A DNA stretch of 32,000 nucleotides from Erysipelothrix larvae (GCF_001545095.1 NZ_CP013213.1:2160001-2192000); one strand, 5' to 3'; positions 17,389 through 26,038 are shown, counted from the first letter of the stretch. Made by a program: numbers and translations. Notes: a model not told the origin generated them from the letters alone.

Positions 17389-18177
17389 TTAATCTAAATA
17401 TAGATCTTTTAATTTTGTAATTTTTTCGTCATCTAGCCCAATCACTTTTTGTAAATAGTTTAATGGCGTTTCAAAATGAGTATCAATCTCATTGAGTGCT
17501 GCCATGATAAATGATTCATGGGCTTCTTTTAGATAACGAACCGCTAAGACCTTATCATGATCCCCAGTCTTATCGAATAATTCTTGTAAACTCTTCTCAT
17601 TCTTATCTTTTTTGTAGAAGTTAGTTAACATGTAATCTTCTACAATCGTTTTCTTATCAACACCTAATGCAAACAGAATTAGTGCGATACCATAACCTGT
17701 TCGATCTTTTCCACCTCGACAATGTTGAACCGATGCAATATTGGTTTCATCAAGTATGATATCAAACATTGCTTTATAGGCTTCAACCGAATCCTTGTTA
17801 TGGACAAATTGCACATTTTGTTGTGTCATGAGTGTTTTCGCAAAATCAGCAGTTAATGTATCAAATTGATGCCCTCCACTGCCTTTATCATTCATTTCTG
17901 ATGATGCTAATGCCGCAACATCGGCTTTAGGATCAAGATAATAAACTGTCGTTCCTGGTATTTCAACATCCTCATTACCCACACGTTCTTTTTCGTTTCG
18001 GTAATCAATGATTGTCTTAATCCCTAAGGCTTCAACCTGCTTCACATCTTCCGGTGTTAAGAAATTCAGTGCATCAGAACGATAGATTTTCCCAAAACTA
18101 ACCGTCCTGTTTTCATTTGTTTTATATCCCCCAATATCTCTAAAATTAAAGGTTCCTTCTAAATCAATATATCTCAT
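17389..18177 (-). CDS. Cys-based phosphatase of the tyrosine-phosphatase superfamily (Y_phosphatase3-like)
   Basis: The N-terminal NFRDIGGY motif and the CX5R P-loop HCRGGKDRTG are both present. An AAGGAG RBS precedes the start. The start codon overlaps the regulator's stop in an ATGA arrangement. Confidence 0.8.
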   Translation of the reverse strand: MRYIDLEGTFNFRDIGGYKTNENRTVSFGKIYRSDALNFLTPEDVKQVEALGIKTIIDYRNEKERVGNEDVEIPGTTVYYLDPKADVAALASSEMNDKGSGGHQFDTLTADFAKTLMTQQNVQFVHNKDSVEAYKAMFDIILDETNIASVQHCRGGKDRTGYGIALILFALGVDKKTIVEDYMLTNFYKKDKNEKSLQELFDKTGDHDKVLAVRYLKEAHESFIMAALNEIDTHFETPLNYLQKVIGLDDEKITKLKDLYLD

Positions 18178-20102
18178 AAATTTCGCTCCTTATCATTCGT
18201 AATTTTTAATACTCCATTTACCAAACTTTCATAGGTTTTATTGTTTTGAATGTTTAGTATTGTCTCTTTCGAGTTGGATAACTTAATAATCCAATCATAA
18301 ATAAATGCATACTTCTCTGAGTCTTCTTTTGACAAACATGGTAAGAATAAAATACTTACCTCATGATTTCCCCAATTAATGGGTTTATCCAATACCATGC
18401 ACGCCACAAATGAGTCATCACTTACCAATCGATTTGGATGTGGGATTGCAATATGCGGTAATACATCCGTAGTACTGAACCGTTCCCGCTCCCACACTAA
18501 TGCTCTAAAATTCTTTGGAAGTTTTGCGTGTTGTGTAATCTGTGTAATCAAATCGTTCAACACAGCTTCTTTTGTAAGGGGTGCTTCATTCACAAAGAAC
18601 ATCGACTCTTTAAACACATCCATCACATGCATTGCGCCACTTTTACGTGTTAATATTGTCTCTATGGCATGTACCGATTCTTGATTTAAGAAAAACTCAA
18701 ACTCAAACATCGGTGCATTGGTCTTTCGATCCAGCGGTACTGTTGTGAATATATAGTCGTAATGCATTTCTTGTTCAAAAGCATCGATTTCATGAATATC
18801 ACACACATCGATTTGCTTGATGTATTGTGAGAAGTGTTGGTAGAAACGATGTTTAAGAAGTTGTCCACTTGCACGTCCTGATGAACATACTACCAAGATA
18901 TTTTTTAGATAAATCCGTTCTCTATTTTGGTTAAGTGCTACATCAAAATGCATCGCAAGGTAACTAATTTCATGGTCATGCAGAGTTTCCCCAACATAAT
19001 CCTCAATCACTTCAGAAGCAATAATCGCAAGATCATATCCAGCGATACAAGCCAGTTTCACATCGTCTAGTATTGGATTTTTTAGATAAGTTCCAAATCG
19101 TAGTCTGTGGATCAAAGGGACAATATGTAATCCTAACATCGTTCTTAAGTCCAAATCATTGGATAAATCAACATGGCGCTCAACTGATATCTTCAATAAA
19201 ATCGTATCAATTAAGGCATTGATTTCTTGTGGAATCTTATCGATTTGATCCCGTCCGATTACTTTTTTACTCATAAAATGCATCGAGATATATGCAATTT
19301 CTTGATCTGGAAAATTAACATCAAGACGTTTTGATATTTTCTTCATAATGCTTTGAACCATGCGATAATGACGATCATTTCCATCAATTACGGATAATTC
19401 AGAACTCAGTTCAATCAAAGAATTTGTCCGAATGCGTAGAATCGCAATCGATATATGCGATATGACACTTTGCAATACAGCATCGCTCATATTAATGCCA
19501 TAATCTTCAACTTCCTTAATTACAATCTGAGACACAAGCGTGTGAAGTGCTGTGTATTCGGAGTAATCAAAAGAACCATCATTTTGAACTTCATCATAGT
19601 CTTGTGAATAATCCTGTGCAAAGTTACTTGCAATAAATCGTCTTAAGTTAAATTCAGAGCCTAATATCTTAAGCCCATAATGCGGTCTTGATTCGATCTC
19701 CAAATCATACTGTCTAAGGTAAACACGAAATTCATTTAAATACTTCGTTAAGGTAGACTTTGAAACATATAACATTTCCGCTAAATCATCAGCTTTTAAA
19801 TATTCACTGGTTCCTAAAAAGCAATGAATCAATTTTCTAAGATTCTGACTGGAATCATTTGATCCATTGTACTTCTTCATAAACTCATGAAATTGTCGCT
19901 CATTATTAACCACTAACTGATATCCCAGGCCCATTTTTGTAATTATGTGCGCACCATTATGTGCCAGAATCTCATTTAAGTCTTTAATTTTCGCGCGTAC
20001 AGTTTTGTCAGATTTCCCAACTTCAAGTGCAATCTCTTGACTTGAAATAAACTGATCTGTGCTGAGCGAATTGAGTATTCTAATGTGTAACGTATCCATC
20101 AT
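18174..20102 (-). CDS. PRD-containing transcriptional activator (LicR/CelR/MtlR type: HTH, two PRDs, EIIB-like, EIIA-like)
   Basis: The N-terminal HTH reads ILNSLSTDQFISSQEIALEVGKSDKTVRAKIKDL. PRD regions with conserved His follow. An EIIB-like segment NILVVCSSGRASGQLL and a C-terminal EIIA-like PHIAIPHP complete it. I chose the ATG at 20102 because GAGGTAAGG lies upstream. The longer ORF start at 20165 is possible. Confidence 0.85.
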   Translation of the reverse strand: MMDTLHIRILNSLSTDQFISSQEIALEVGKSDKTVRAKIKDLNEILAHNGAHIITKMGLGYQLVVNNERQFHEFMKKYNGSNDSSQNLRKLIHCFLGTSEYLKADDLAEMLYVSKSTLTKYLNEFRVYLRQYDLEIESRPHYGLKILGSEFNLRRFIASNFAQDYSQDYDEVQNDGSFDYSEYTALHTLVSQIVIKEVEDYGINMSDAVLQSVISHISIAILRIRTNSLIELSSELSVIDGNDRHYRMVQSIMKKISKRLDVNFPDQEIAYISMHFMSKKVIGRDQIDKIPQEINALIDTILLKISVERHVDLSNDLDLRTMLGLHIVPLIHRLRFGTYLKNPILDDVKLACIAGYDLAIIASEVIEDYVGETLHDHEISYLAMHFDVALNQNRERIYLKNILVVCSSGRASGQLLKHRFYQHFSQYIKQIDVCDIHEIDAFEQEMHYDYIFTTVPLDRKTNAPMFEFEFFLNQESVHAIETILTRKSGAMHVMDVFKESMFFVNEAPLTKEAVLNDLITQITQHAKLPKNFRALVWERERFSTTDVLPHIAIPHPNRLVSDDSFVACMVLDKPINWGNHEVSILFLPCLSKEDSEKYAFIYDWIIKLSNSKETILNIQNNKTYESLVNGVLKITNDKERNL

Positions 20103-20255
20103 CAACCTTACCTCACTTAAAGTATAGTATTCATCGTAATCGCTTTCAAACTGTGATTTGTCCATTACGTAACGGAACTCTTTAATTTTCTACATTTATT
20201 TATTATCATTTTACACTAAATAAATTGGTGATATCCGTTTACTTTTACCTCAAAA

Positions 20256-20282
20256 GAAAAAAGCATCAATTTAATGATGCCT
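20256..20282 (-). terminator. Rho-independent terminator of asnA
   Basis: On the minus strand, aggcatca ttaaat tgatgct is followed by TTTTTT. Confidence 0.65.
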
Positions 20283-20306
20283 TATTTTCTAATTCTTGGT
20301 TTAAAA

Positions 20307-21311
20307 TTACAATAATTTAATATCTTCGCCTGCTTCACTAAGGGTTTCATCATCCCACAGTGATACTTGAACTTCGCCAATATGAACGTTCCCTAAAAGT
20401 AACATACACATACGGCTTTGACCAATACCTCCACCGATTGTTAAGGGTAAAATCTCATCAACAACTTTTTGGTGGAACTCATAGTTCAGACGGTGGAGTG
20501 CATTTGCTGTCTCGAGTTGTTTCAACATCGCATCACGATCCACTCGAATCCCCATACTGGATATTTCAAGGGCTTGTCCCAATGCTTCATGCCAAAACAA
20601 GATATCTCCATTGAGTGACCAATCATCATAGTCAGGTGCTCGTTGGCCATGGGGTGTTCCTGATTTCAAGTCACCACCAATTTGCATAATAAAGGTCGTA
20701 GGATGTTCTCTAACATATTCATGCTCACGTTGTTCAGGTGTAAGTGTTGGATAGAGATCCTCTAATTCTTGACTTGTAATAAAGGAAACTTGATTGCTGA
20801 GCTTTAACGGTACATTTGGGTACTTCGCACAGACTCTTGCTTCTGTTTCACAGATTGAATCCACAATATCCTGTACCACCTTCTTCAAATAATCAAGTGT
20901 GCGTTCTTCTCTTGAAATTACACGTTCCCAATCCCATTGATCGACATACACAGAATGCGTATTGTCCAGGATCTCATCGCGTCGAATTGCATTCATATTT
21001 GTATACAATCCATTTCCAATATGGAAATCATATTGATGTAGTGCGAGGCGTTTCCATTTTGCTAATGAATGGACAACTTCCCCTTCACGATTTAGTGCGG
21101 GTATATTAAACGATACAGGTGTTTCAACACCGTTCAAATCATCATTAAGTCCAGTCTTTGCCGCTACAAAAAGTGGTGCAGAGACACGCTTTAATTCAAG
21201 TCTATTTTTTAATTGTTCTTCAAAGTTATTGTTTATAAAACCAATCGCTGTTTGTGTTTCATAGGTGCATAAATACGGCTTATAATCTTTGGGTAATTTG
21301 GTCTTCTTCAT
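20307..21311 (-). CDS. asnA: Aspartate-ammonia ligase (asparagine synthetase A)
   Basis: The 334-aa protein reads YETQTAIGFINNNFEEQLKNRLELKRVSAPLFV...VYVDQWDWERVI...GGGIGQSRMCMLLL, matching the AsnA / class II aaRS-like motifs. Confidence 0.9.
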   Translation of the reverse strand: MKKTKLPKDYKPYLCTYETQTAIGFINNNFEEQLKNRLELKRVSAPLFVAAKTGLNDDLNGVETPVSFNIPALNREGEVVHSLAKWKRLALHQYDFHIGNGLYTNMNAIRRDEILDNTHSVYVDQWDWERVISREERTLDYLKKVVQDIVDSICETEARVCAKYPNVPLKLSNQVSFITSQELEDLYPTLTPEQREHEYVREHPTTFIMQIGGDLKSGTPHGQRAPDYDDWSLNGDILFWHEALGQALEISSMGIRVDRDAMLKQLETANALHRLNYEFHQKVVDEILPLTIGGGIGQSRMCMLLLGNVHIGEVQVSLWDDETLSEAGEDIKLL

Positions 21312-21337
21312 ACTTGCCCTCCCTTGTTTTAAAATGA

Positions 21338-21366
21338 ATTATACACGGTATCCACAGCACTTTCAA
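21338..21366 (-). promoter_or_regulatory. Sigma-A-type promoter of asnA
   Basis: On the minus strand, TTGAAA, a 17-nt spacer and TATAAT lie about 25 nt upstream of the GGGAGGG RBS. Confidence 0.5.
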
Positions 21367-21393
21367 TCAAATATCGCAATTTAAGTGCAATGA

Positions 21394-22848
21394 TTACCCT
21401 TCGGTGGTGTTATTATGTTTTTCTCTTATATTTAAAACAGTGCCACTGAATATTAGAAACCATGAGAATATATTCAAGCAAAAACCAAATGTATAGACAC
21501 GCATGAGATCATATTTCTTTAAAACAAAGACTGTATCCTTAAACCCTTCCCATGTTATCGGGATGTTTACTTCAAAGAGAATACCACCTTGAATGATTAT
21601 ACCTATAAAATATACGACTAGGATAACACCTAACATATAAATGACGGAGCCTGTCTTCACGTACTTGCGTTGGTTATCATTTGCAAGACTCCCAAGAAAA
21701 TTCACCTTTTTGTTATATCCTTGCATGGTGAAAAGAAGGACGAATGGCGTAATAAAGGGAATGAGGTATGTGATGTTTAGAATATAGACTGAACCTTTGG
21801 TGAAAATGGATTGCCCCAATTGGGTTAAAAATGCAAAGCTATGCAACAATACGTAGATAAGTATCAGTAAAAGACACAGTCCGATCCCATAAACCACAAG
21901 CTCTATCAGAGACTTTTGATTGTCTATTGGAAGTGTGTTGGGGGCTTCTTTGTAATGTACATCGAGTTTATTAAGGTGGATAAAGACTGTTTTCAAATAG
22001 GCTTCGACTTCAAGCGCATTGTCTGTATCTGATTCCACTAGAAAATCAAGCGTATGATCTGTGATTCGAACATCAATAATTCCTTGTGGTGTGTCAAACA
22101 TATTGATCATATCTGGTGTTACTGTTTGGTCTGTGTGCGTTTGTAGGATGGTTGAAACAGCCTTGTCTTGATTCACATAGGAAACTCCATGCACTTTAAA
22201 GCCTTCCAAAACCCCTGTAATTGGCTCGTGTCCCCAGGATAAAAGCGGCGTGTTTTTCGTGGTATTTTCTTCAAGTGCTTCAGGATTTTCAATTGTTACC
22301 ACCGCAATTCCATCCTCTTGTTTTAAGTGATAGGTTTCTATTTGTGGTGTTGATGCCATCGTTTGTGACATTGGTTCGATTGTTTCCTTCAATGACACAG
22401 TTTCCTGTGCCTCAGACACCTTTGCTTTTTGTGCTTGGTTAATGCGGCGAAAGATTGTTTGGATCTTTGCTTGGTTTGATTTTGAAATGATTCCAAGTCT
22501 CGTTTCTTCAACACTACCTGATGGATTCATCACTAACATCTTACAACGTGGAATCAAGCGTTGCGTTGATAATTCAAAGATATTGTTCTCGATATAAGTA
22601 ACTTGCTTACCGACCGTAATTTTTTCAGAATCAACAATCAAGGTATAGCGTTGGTTCGCAGACCATTGATAAAGGTAAATACAAAGTCTAACTGGTTGAT
22701 ACAACACCCAAAAGCCAAGCGCCATTGAAAACCAATCTTCATCTATGACACCTAAAAAATTGCTTACGAATAAGACGATAACTATGTACATAATATTCCG
22801 CCCAATGATGTTAATCATCTCAATCCATGATTTTCTTTTTATGTTCAT
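21394..22848 (-). CDS. Polytopic membrane protein of unknown function (about 484 aa)
   Basis: Two N-terminal TM helices are followed by a soluble region of about 280 aa. About five C-terminal TM helices follow (LIELVVYGIGLCLLLILIYVLL, ILNITYLIPFITPFVLLF, VIYMLGVILVVYFIGIIIQGGILF, VYTFGFCLNIFSWFLIFSG). I chose the ATG at 22848 because GGGGGA lies 7 nt upstream. Confidence 0.6.
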   Translation of the reverse strand: MNIKRKSWIEMINIIGRNIMYIVIVLFVSNFLGVIDEDWFSMALGFWVLYQPVRLCIYLYQWSANQRYTLIVDSEKITVGKQVTYIENNIFELSTQRLIPRCKMLVMNPSGSVEETRLGIISKSNQAKIQTIFRRINQAQKAKVSEAQETVSLKETIEPMSQTMASTPQIETYHLKQEDGIAVVTIENPEALEENTTKNTPLLSWGHEPITGVLEGFKVHGVSYVNQDKAVSTILQTHTDQTVTPDMINMFDTPQGIIDVRITDHTLDFLVESDTDNALEVEAYLKTVFIHLNKLDVHYKEAPNTLPIDNQKSLIELVVYGIGLCLLLILIYVLLHSFAFLTQLGQSIFTKGSVYILNITYLIPFITPFVLLFTMQGYNKKVNFLGSLANDNQRKYVKTGSVIYMLGVILVVYFIGIIIQGGILFEVNIPITWEGFKDTVFVLKKYDLMRVYTFGFCLNIFSWFLIFSGTVLNIREKHNNTTEG

Positions 22849-23161
22849 CCACATATCCCCCGGTAACCTACATACTCCATAGGGTACTCCATAAATAATA
22901 TCAAAGATAACATACGCAAACAATATGCTTAACCCTTCTCAATTCGATGTTCTATGGATCATGGATGGGGTTTTCATTAATAGATATAAGTTAATATTAT
23001 GAATATAGAAGGATGTTCTAGCAAGTTGTGATATAATCCTTTTATCACAAAATACATTGACGGGATCATCAATTTGATGAAATGATGATATGGATTGCAG
23101 TATAGTCTTGATTATTTTCTCAGGATTATCCACCCCGTTTCACAGTTTAAAGGAGCACACA

Positions 23162-23491
23162 ATGTCTACACTCACCATTCAAAACTTACAAGATTATCTC
23201 GCACTTAAATATCATGATGAAAACCTCGCAACCGGTCTTTTTATGAAACTTGTTGAAGAGGTTGGAGAGACTGCAGAGGTTCTCAACATTATGGCAGGAC
23301 GAAAGCATGAAGATGCAACCCATTCACTGGCATCCGAACTTGTTGATGTAATCCACTATGCACTTGCAATTGCTACCGTCCACAACATCGATCTCACACG
23401 TGCACTTATTGAGAAAGATCAGCGTGCTTCAATCAAATACAATCAATCCCCCAACTTGAAAGAATTTATCGGTTCGACTCATGATTCATGA
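23162..23491 (+). CDS. MazG-like nucleotide pyrophosphohydrolase domain protein (small all-alpha NTP-PPase)
   Basis: MSTLTIQNLQDYL...KLVEEVGETAEVL...ELVDVIHYALAIA contains the EExGE and E..D metal motifs. The ATG at 23162 follows AAAGGAG. Confidence 0.8.
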   Translation: MSTLTIQNLQDYLALKYHDENLATGLFMKLVEEVGETAEVLNIMAGRKHEDATHSLASELVDVIHYALAIATVHNIDLTRALIEKDQRASIKYNQSPNLKEFIGSTHDS

Positions 23492-24215
23492 TCAACACCC
23501 TCTTTTTCAACAATTCGAAATTGATTTCTTAGGCCATGATTTAAGATATCCTGTTTTTGCCTTGGGTTCTTATACCTCAGATATGCGTTTATGGGCCAAA
23601 ACCAACGGTTCAATCGTAATAACCAAAGGCTTAATCTACTGTCGCCTTGATCACGAAGCTTTATTGAATGAGATGAAATCCATCTACAGCACATGTCAAG
23701 CACAGTGGTTTGGTGAGGTATCAAATTTAAAGAACCTTGAAACACTTCTCAACAAACATGGGTATACGATTGTGAATTATGCACCTTTCTTTATCCCGTC
23801 ACCTTGGTTTGAACCGTATGAAAATGAGAACTTGATCTTCTATCAACCCGATGAAATTCTACAATTTAAGGGCAATAAAGATTATGATCAATGTTTCTGT
23901 TATGATGAGAAGCATCCTGATTTGTTAGGTGTTTCATATACCATTGATGGCGAAGTAGTCGCAATGGCAGGGTTGAATCAAACAGGAGCTTATACAGTTG
24001 AACTGGGCATCAATGTTTTGCCTCACGCACAAGGTAAAGGGGTTGGAGCACTCTTAGTCCGCGCAATTACAACACGCGCCGACCAACTCTATCCAAAAAA
24101 AGTTGTCACGTATGGCACCCAATTTACCCATACACAGTCAATCAATGTCGCAATAAATGCAGGGTTTACCCACGCATGGACCGAGATTATGATTGAAAGA
24201 ATGAAAATTGATTGA
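23481..24215 (+). CDS. GNAT-family N-acetyltransferase with an N-terminal extension of about 140 aa of unknown function
   Basis: The C-terminal segment GEVVAMAGLNQTGAYTVELGINVLPHAQGKGVGALLVRAI matches the acetyl-CoA-binding Q/RxxGxG/A motif. The gene overlaps the upstream gene by 11 nt. Confidence 0.7.
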   Translation: MIHDQHPLFQQFEIDFLGHDLRYPVFALGSYTSDMRLWAKTNGSIVITKGLIYCRLDHEALLNEMKSIYSTCQAQWFGEVSNLKNLETLLNKHGYTIVNYAPFFIPSPWFEPYENENLIFYQPDEILQFKGNKDYDQCFCYDEKHPDLLGVSYTIDGEVVAMAGLNQTGAYTVELGINVLPHAQGKGVGALLVRAITTRADQLYPKKVVTYGTQFTHTQSINVAINAGFTHAWTEIMIERMKID

Positions 24216-24224
24216 AACAAACCC

Positions 24225-24252
24225 TTGACATTTTCATGAAAAGTGTTAAGGT
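24225..24252 (+). promoter_or_regulatory. Candidate promoter of the T-box leader
   Basis: TTGACA, a 16-nt spacer and TAAGGT are present, with a TG dinucleotide at the extended -10 position. Confidence 0.4.
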
Positions 24253-24261
24253 TATATCAAA

Positions 24262-24510
24262 TAAACTTAATGATTGAGACGAGTAAGTATGGAATCTAAA
24301 ATAGAGAGTACGTGGTTGGTGGAAACGTATCTAGTGAACATAGTGAATGGACTCATGAAAGGCAAAGCGAACACTCACGTAAGTAGCTTACTGACGGAAA
24401 GCTCCCGTTATCGCAAGCAAAGGATATGATAGTATTCTTATGAGCTACGATTTAGTGTAGAAAATTCAGGTGGTACCGCGAAACCTCGCCCTGTTGGCGA
24501 GGTTTTTTAG
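24262..24510 (+). promoter_or_regulatory. T-box riboswitch leader, probable tryptophan specifier (TGG at 24348-24350)
   Basis: An AGAGAG bulge and a GGTGGAAAC distal-loop motif mark Stem I. tgaaTGGAc sits on the 3' side of the putative specifier loop. The conserved T-box sequence AATTCAGGTGGTACCGCG lies at 24463-24480. It overlaps the terminator aaacctcgcc/ggcgaggttt plus T-run at 24481-24507. Confidence 0.85.
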
Positions 24511-24592
24511 TTTATTTTAACATCGAGGGAGGTGAAATGGATGGTTTGAACACAATTGAAATACACATATATTTTTGAAAAGGAGAGACACT

Positions 24593-25090
24593 ATGAACAT
24601 CAAAAATTTAGTAACGTACGCCGCACTGCTTTCACTTGGAGTGATACTCCATGCCATGACACCTGGACTTCTTGGAAATATGAAGCCAGACTTCTTACTC
24701 GCAACCTTCTTTATCTGCATCACCATTGCACCCAGCTTTAAAGATGTCCTAATCGTATCCATCGCATGTGCTTTTCTTGCATCCCTCACCACATCCTTAC
24801 CGGGTGGAGAGATTGCGAATATTGTTGACAAGCTTATTACTGGGCCAGTAATGTACTTTGTACTGACCAAGCTTAAATCATTGGATTCCATGATCAAAAT
24901 TGCATTATTCAGCTTTATTGGCACGCTATTATCAGGGTTACTGTTCCTATTAACACTGATGGTTATGAATGTATTGCCTTTGGAACTTTCAACCCTATTT
25001 ATATCGCTTGTTGTTCCTACTGCGATTGCAAATATGATTTTCTTCACATTCTTATACAAAGGGTTTAAGCGTGTTTCACCTGCTGCCTAG
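24593..25090 (+). CDS. trpP: TrpP-family tryptophan transporter (small multi-TM, ECF substrate-component-like)
   Basis: MNIKNLVTYAALLSLGVILHAMTPGLLGNMKPDFLLATFF... indicates 5-6 TM helices. The ATG at 24593 follows AAGGAGAG. The gene lies directly downstream of the Trp-type T-box. Confidence 0.75.
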   Translation: MNIKNLVTYAALLSLGVILHAMTPGLLGNMKPDFLLATFFICITIAPSFKDVLIVSIACAFLASLTTSLPGGEIANIVDKLITGPVMYFVLTKLKSLDSMIKIALFSFIGTLLSGLLFLLTLMVMNVLPLELSTLFISLVVPTAIANMIFFTFLYKGFKRVSPAA

Positions 25091-25434
25091 GGTTACGATA
25101 TCACAACTTTATTGAATGACTCGGTAAAAAAATGCGCATTAAAGGGCATTGTACGAACTATTCTCACTATTATTTCCATTAACAAGCAAAAAATAAATAA
25201 AATCTATCGAAAGTTATTGCAGAGAGGTAGTAAAAATGATACTATCTATTAGCTAGTTTCTCTAGCTTTTACAACCCTGTGTTGTAGAGTATCCTTATGT
25301 GGCCCTTTAGATTATAAAGGGATAAGTTTTTATTAGCCTGGTATCTCCAACCGCATCATATTTCATTCATATTTCCTAAAATCCTTAGAACCACTGTAAT
25401 ATGATAGCTAATAAGAATCCACCTTTTTTCCTTG

Positions 25435-25464
25435 AAGATGAATCCCTAGATTCATCTTTTTTTG
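25435..25464 (+). terminator. Plus-strand rho-independent terminator with no adjacent plus-strand CDS
   Basis: A perfect 10-bp stem aagatgaatc/gattcatctt with a 4-nt loop is followed by TTTTTT. Confidence 0.6.
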
Positions 25465-25469
25465 ATTTA

Positions 25470-25494
25470 TAAAAAAAGCCATGGGTCTGGCTTT
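25470..25494 (-). terminator. Terminator of the 146-aa GNAT gene
   Basis: On the minus strand, aaagcca gacccat ggcttt is followed by TTTTTT. The hairpin overlaps the stop codon. Confidence 0.6.
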
Positions 25495-25933
25495 ATATTT
25501 CTTTATAGAGAATTGTCCTTAGAGGTTCAAATCCTAACTTCTCATAGAACTTAACCGCTGCTTCATTGCGAAGCCAAACATTCAGTTGGATTTCAAAGGC
25601 ATTGTGCTCATGCGCATACTCTTGAATGTACTCAACCAGTTTACGGCCAATGCTGAGCCCACGTTTTGTTTCGTCAACGCATAAATCATCAATGAACAAC
25701 ACATCATACTGATCCTTAACAATGATATATCCATCAACACCATCCCCATTATCTGATACGAAAATTAAGGATGTTTCTTCTTCAATAATGGATTGGACTT
25801 GTTCTAAGGAATACTTTGATTCTCCTGCGAATCTTGAAGGATACCACGACTTATGGAGCTTTAATATCCCTTTCAACAACTCATATATTTTTGGTGCATC
25901 CGCAACACATGCTTTTCTAATCATCTCACTCAC
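25493..25933 (-). CDS. GNAT-family N-acetyltransferase (146 aa)
   Basis: LFIDDLCVDETKRGLSIGRKLVEYIQEYA...IQLNVWLRNEAAVKFYEKLGF matches GNAT motifs A and B. Confidence 0.8.
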   Translation of the reverse strand: MSEMIRKACVADAPKIYELLKGILKLHKSWYPSRFAGESKYSLEQVQSIIEEETSLIFVSDNGDGVDGYIIVKDQYDVLFIDDLCVDETKRGLSIGRKLVEYIQEYAHEHNAFEIQLNVWLRNEAAVKFYEKLGFEPLRTILYKEI

Positions 25934-26038
25934 CTCTTCTTATAATAGTATTTTACCACTACATCATACAATAAGAAAACCATCCCTTGTCATGATATAA
26001 TTTATACACCTGATAATTCTAGGAAAGGATTGGTAAAT

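Noticed and set aside
20166-20255. A cre-like (CcpA) site in aaagtaaacggatatcacc (minus strand), upstream of the PRD regulator.
   Set aside because: Alignment to WTGNAANCGNWNNCW needs at least 2-3 mismatches at conserved positions. That is too weak to call without a scoring matrix.
22939-23133. A 64-aa minus-strand ORF in the divergent region between the membrane protein and the MazG-like gene.
   Set aside because: It has no RBS and no recognisable motif. It overlaps the likely promoter and 5' region of the MazG-like gene.
24517-25059. A 180-aa minus-strand ORF opposite trpP.
   Set aside because: It is antisense to a gene that has a T-box leader, an RBS and a clear multi-TM product. It has no RBS and would run into the T-box terminator.
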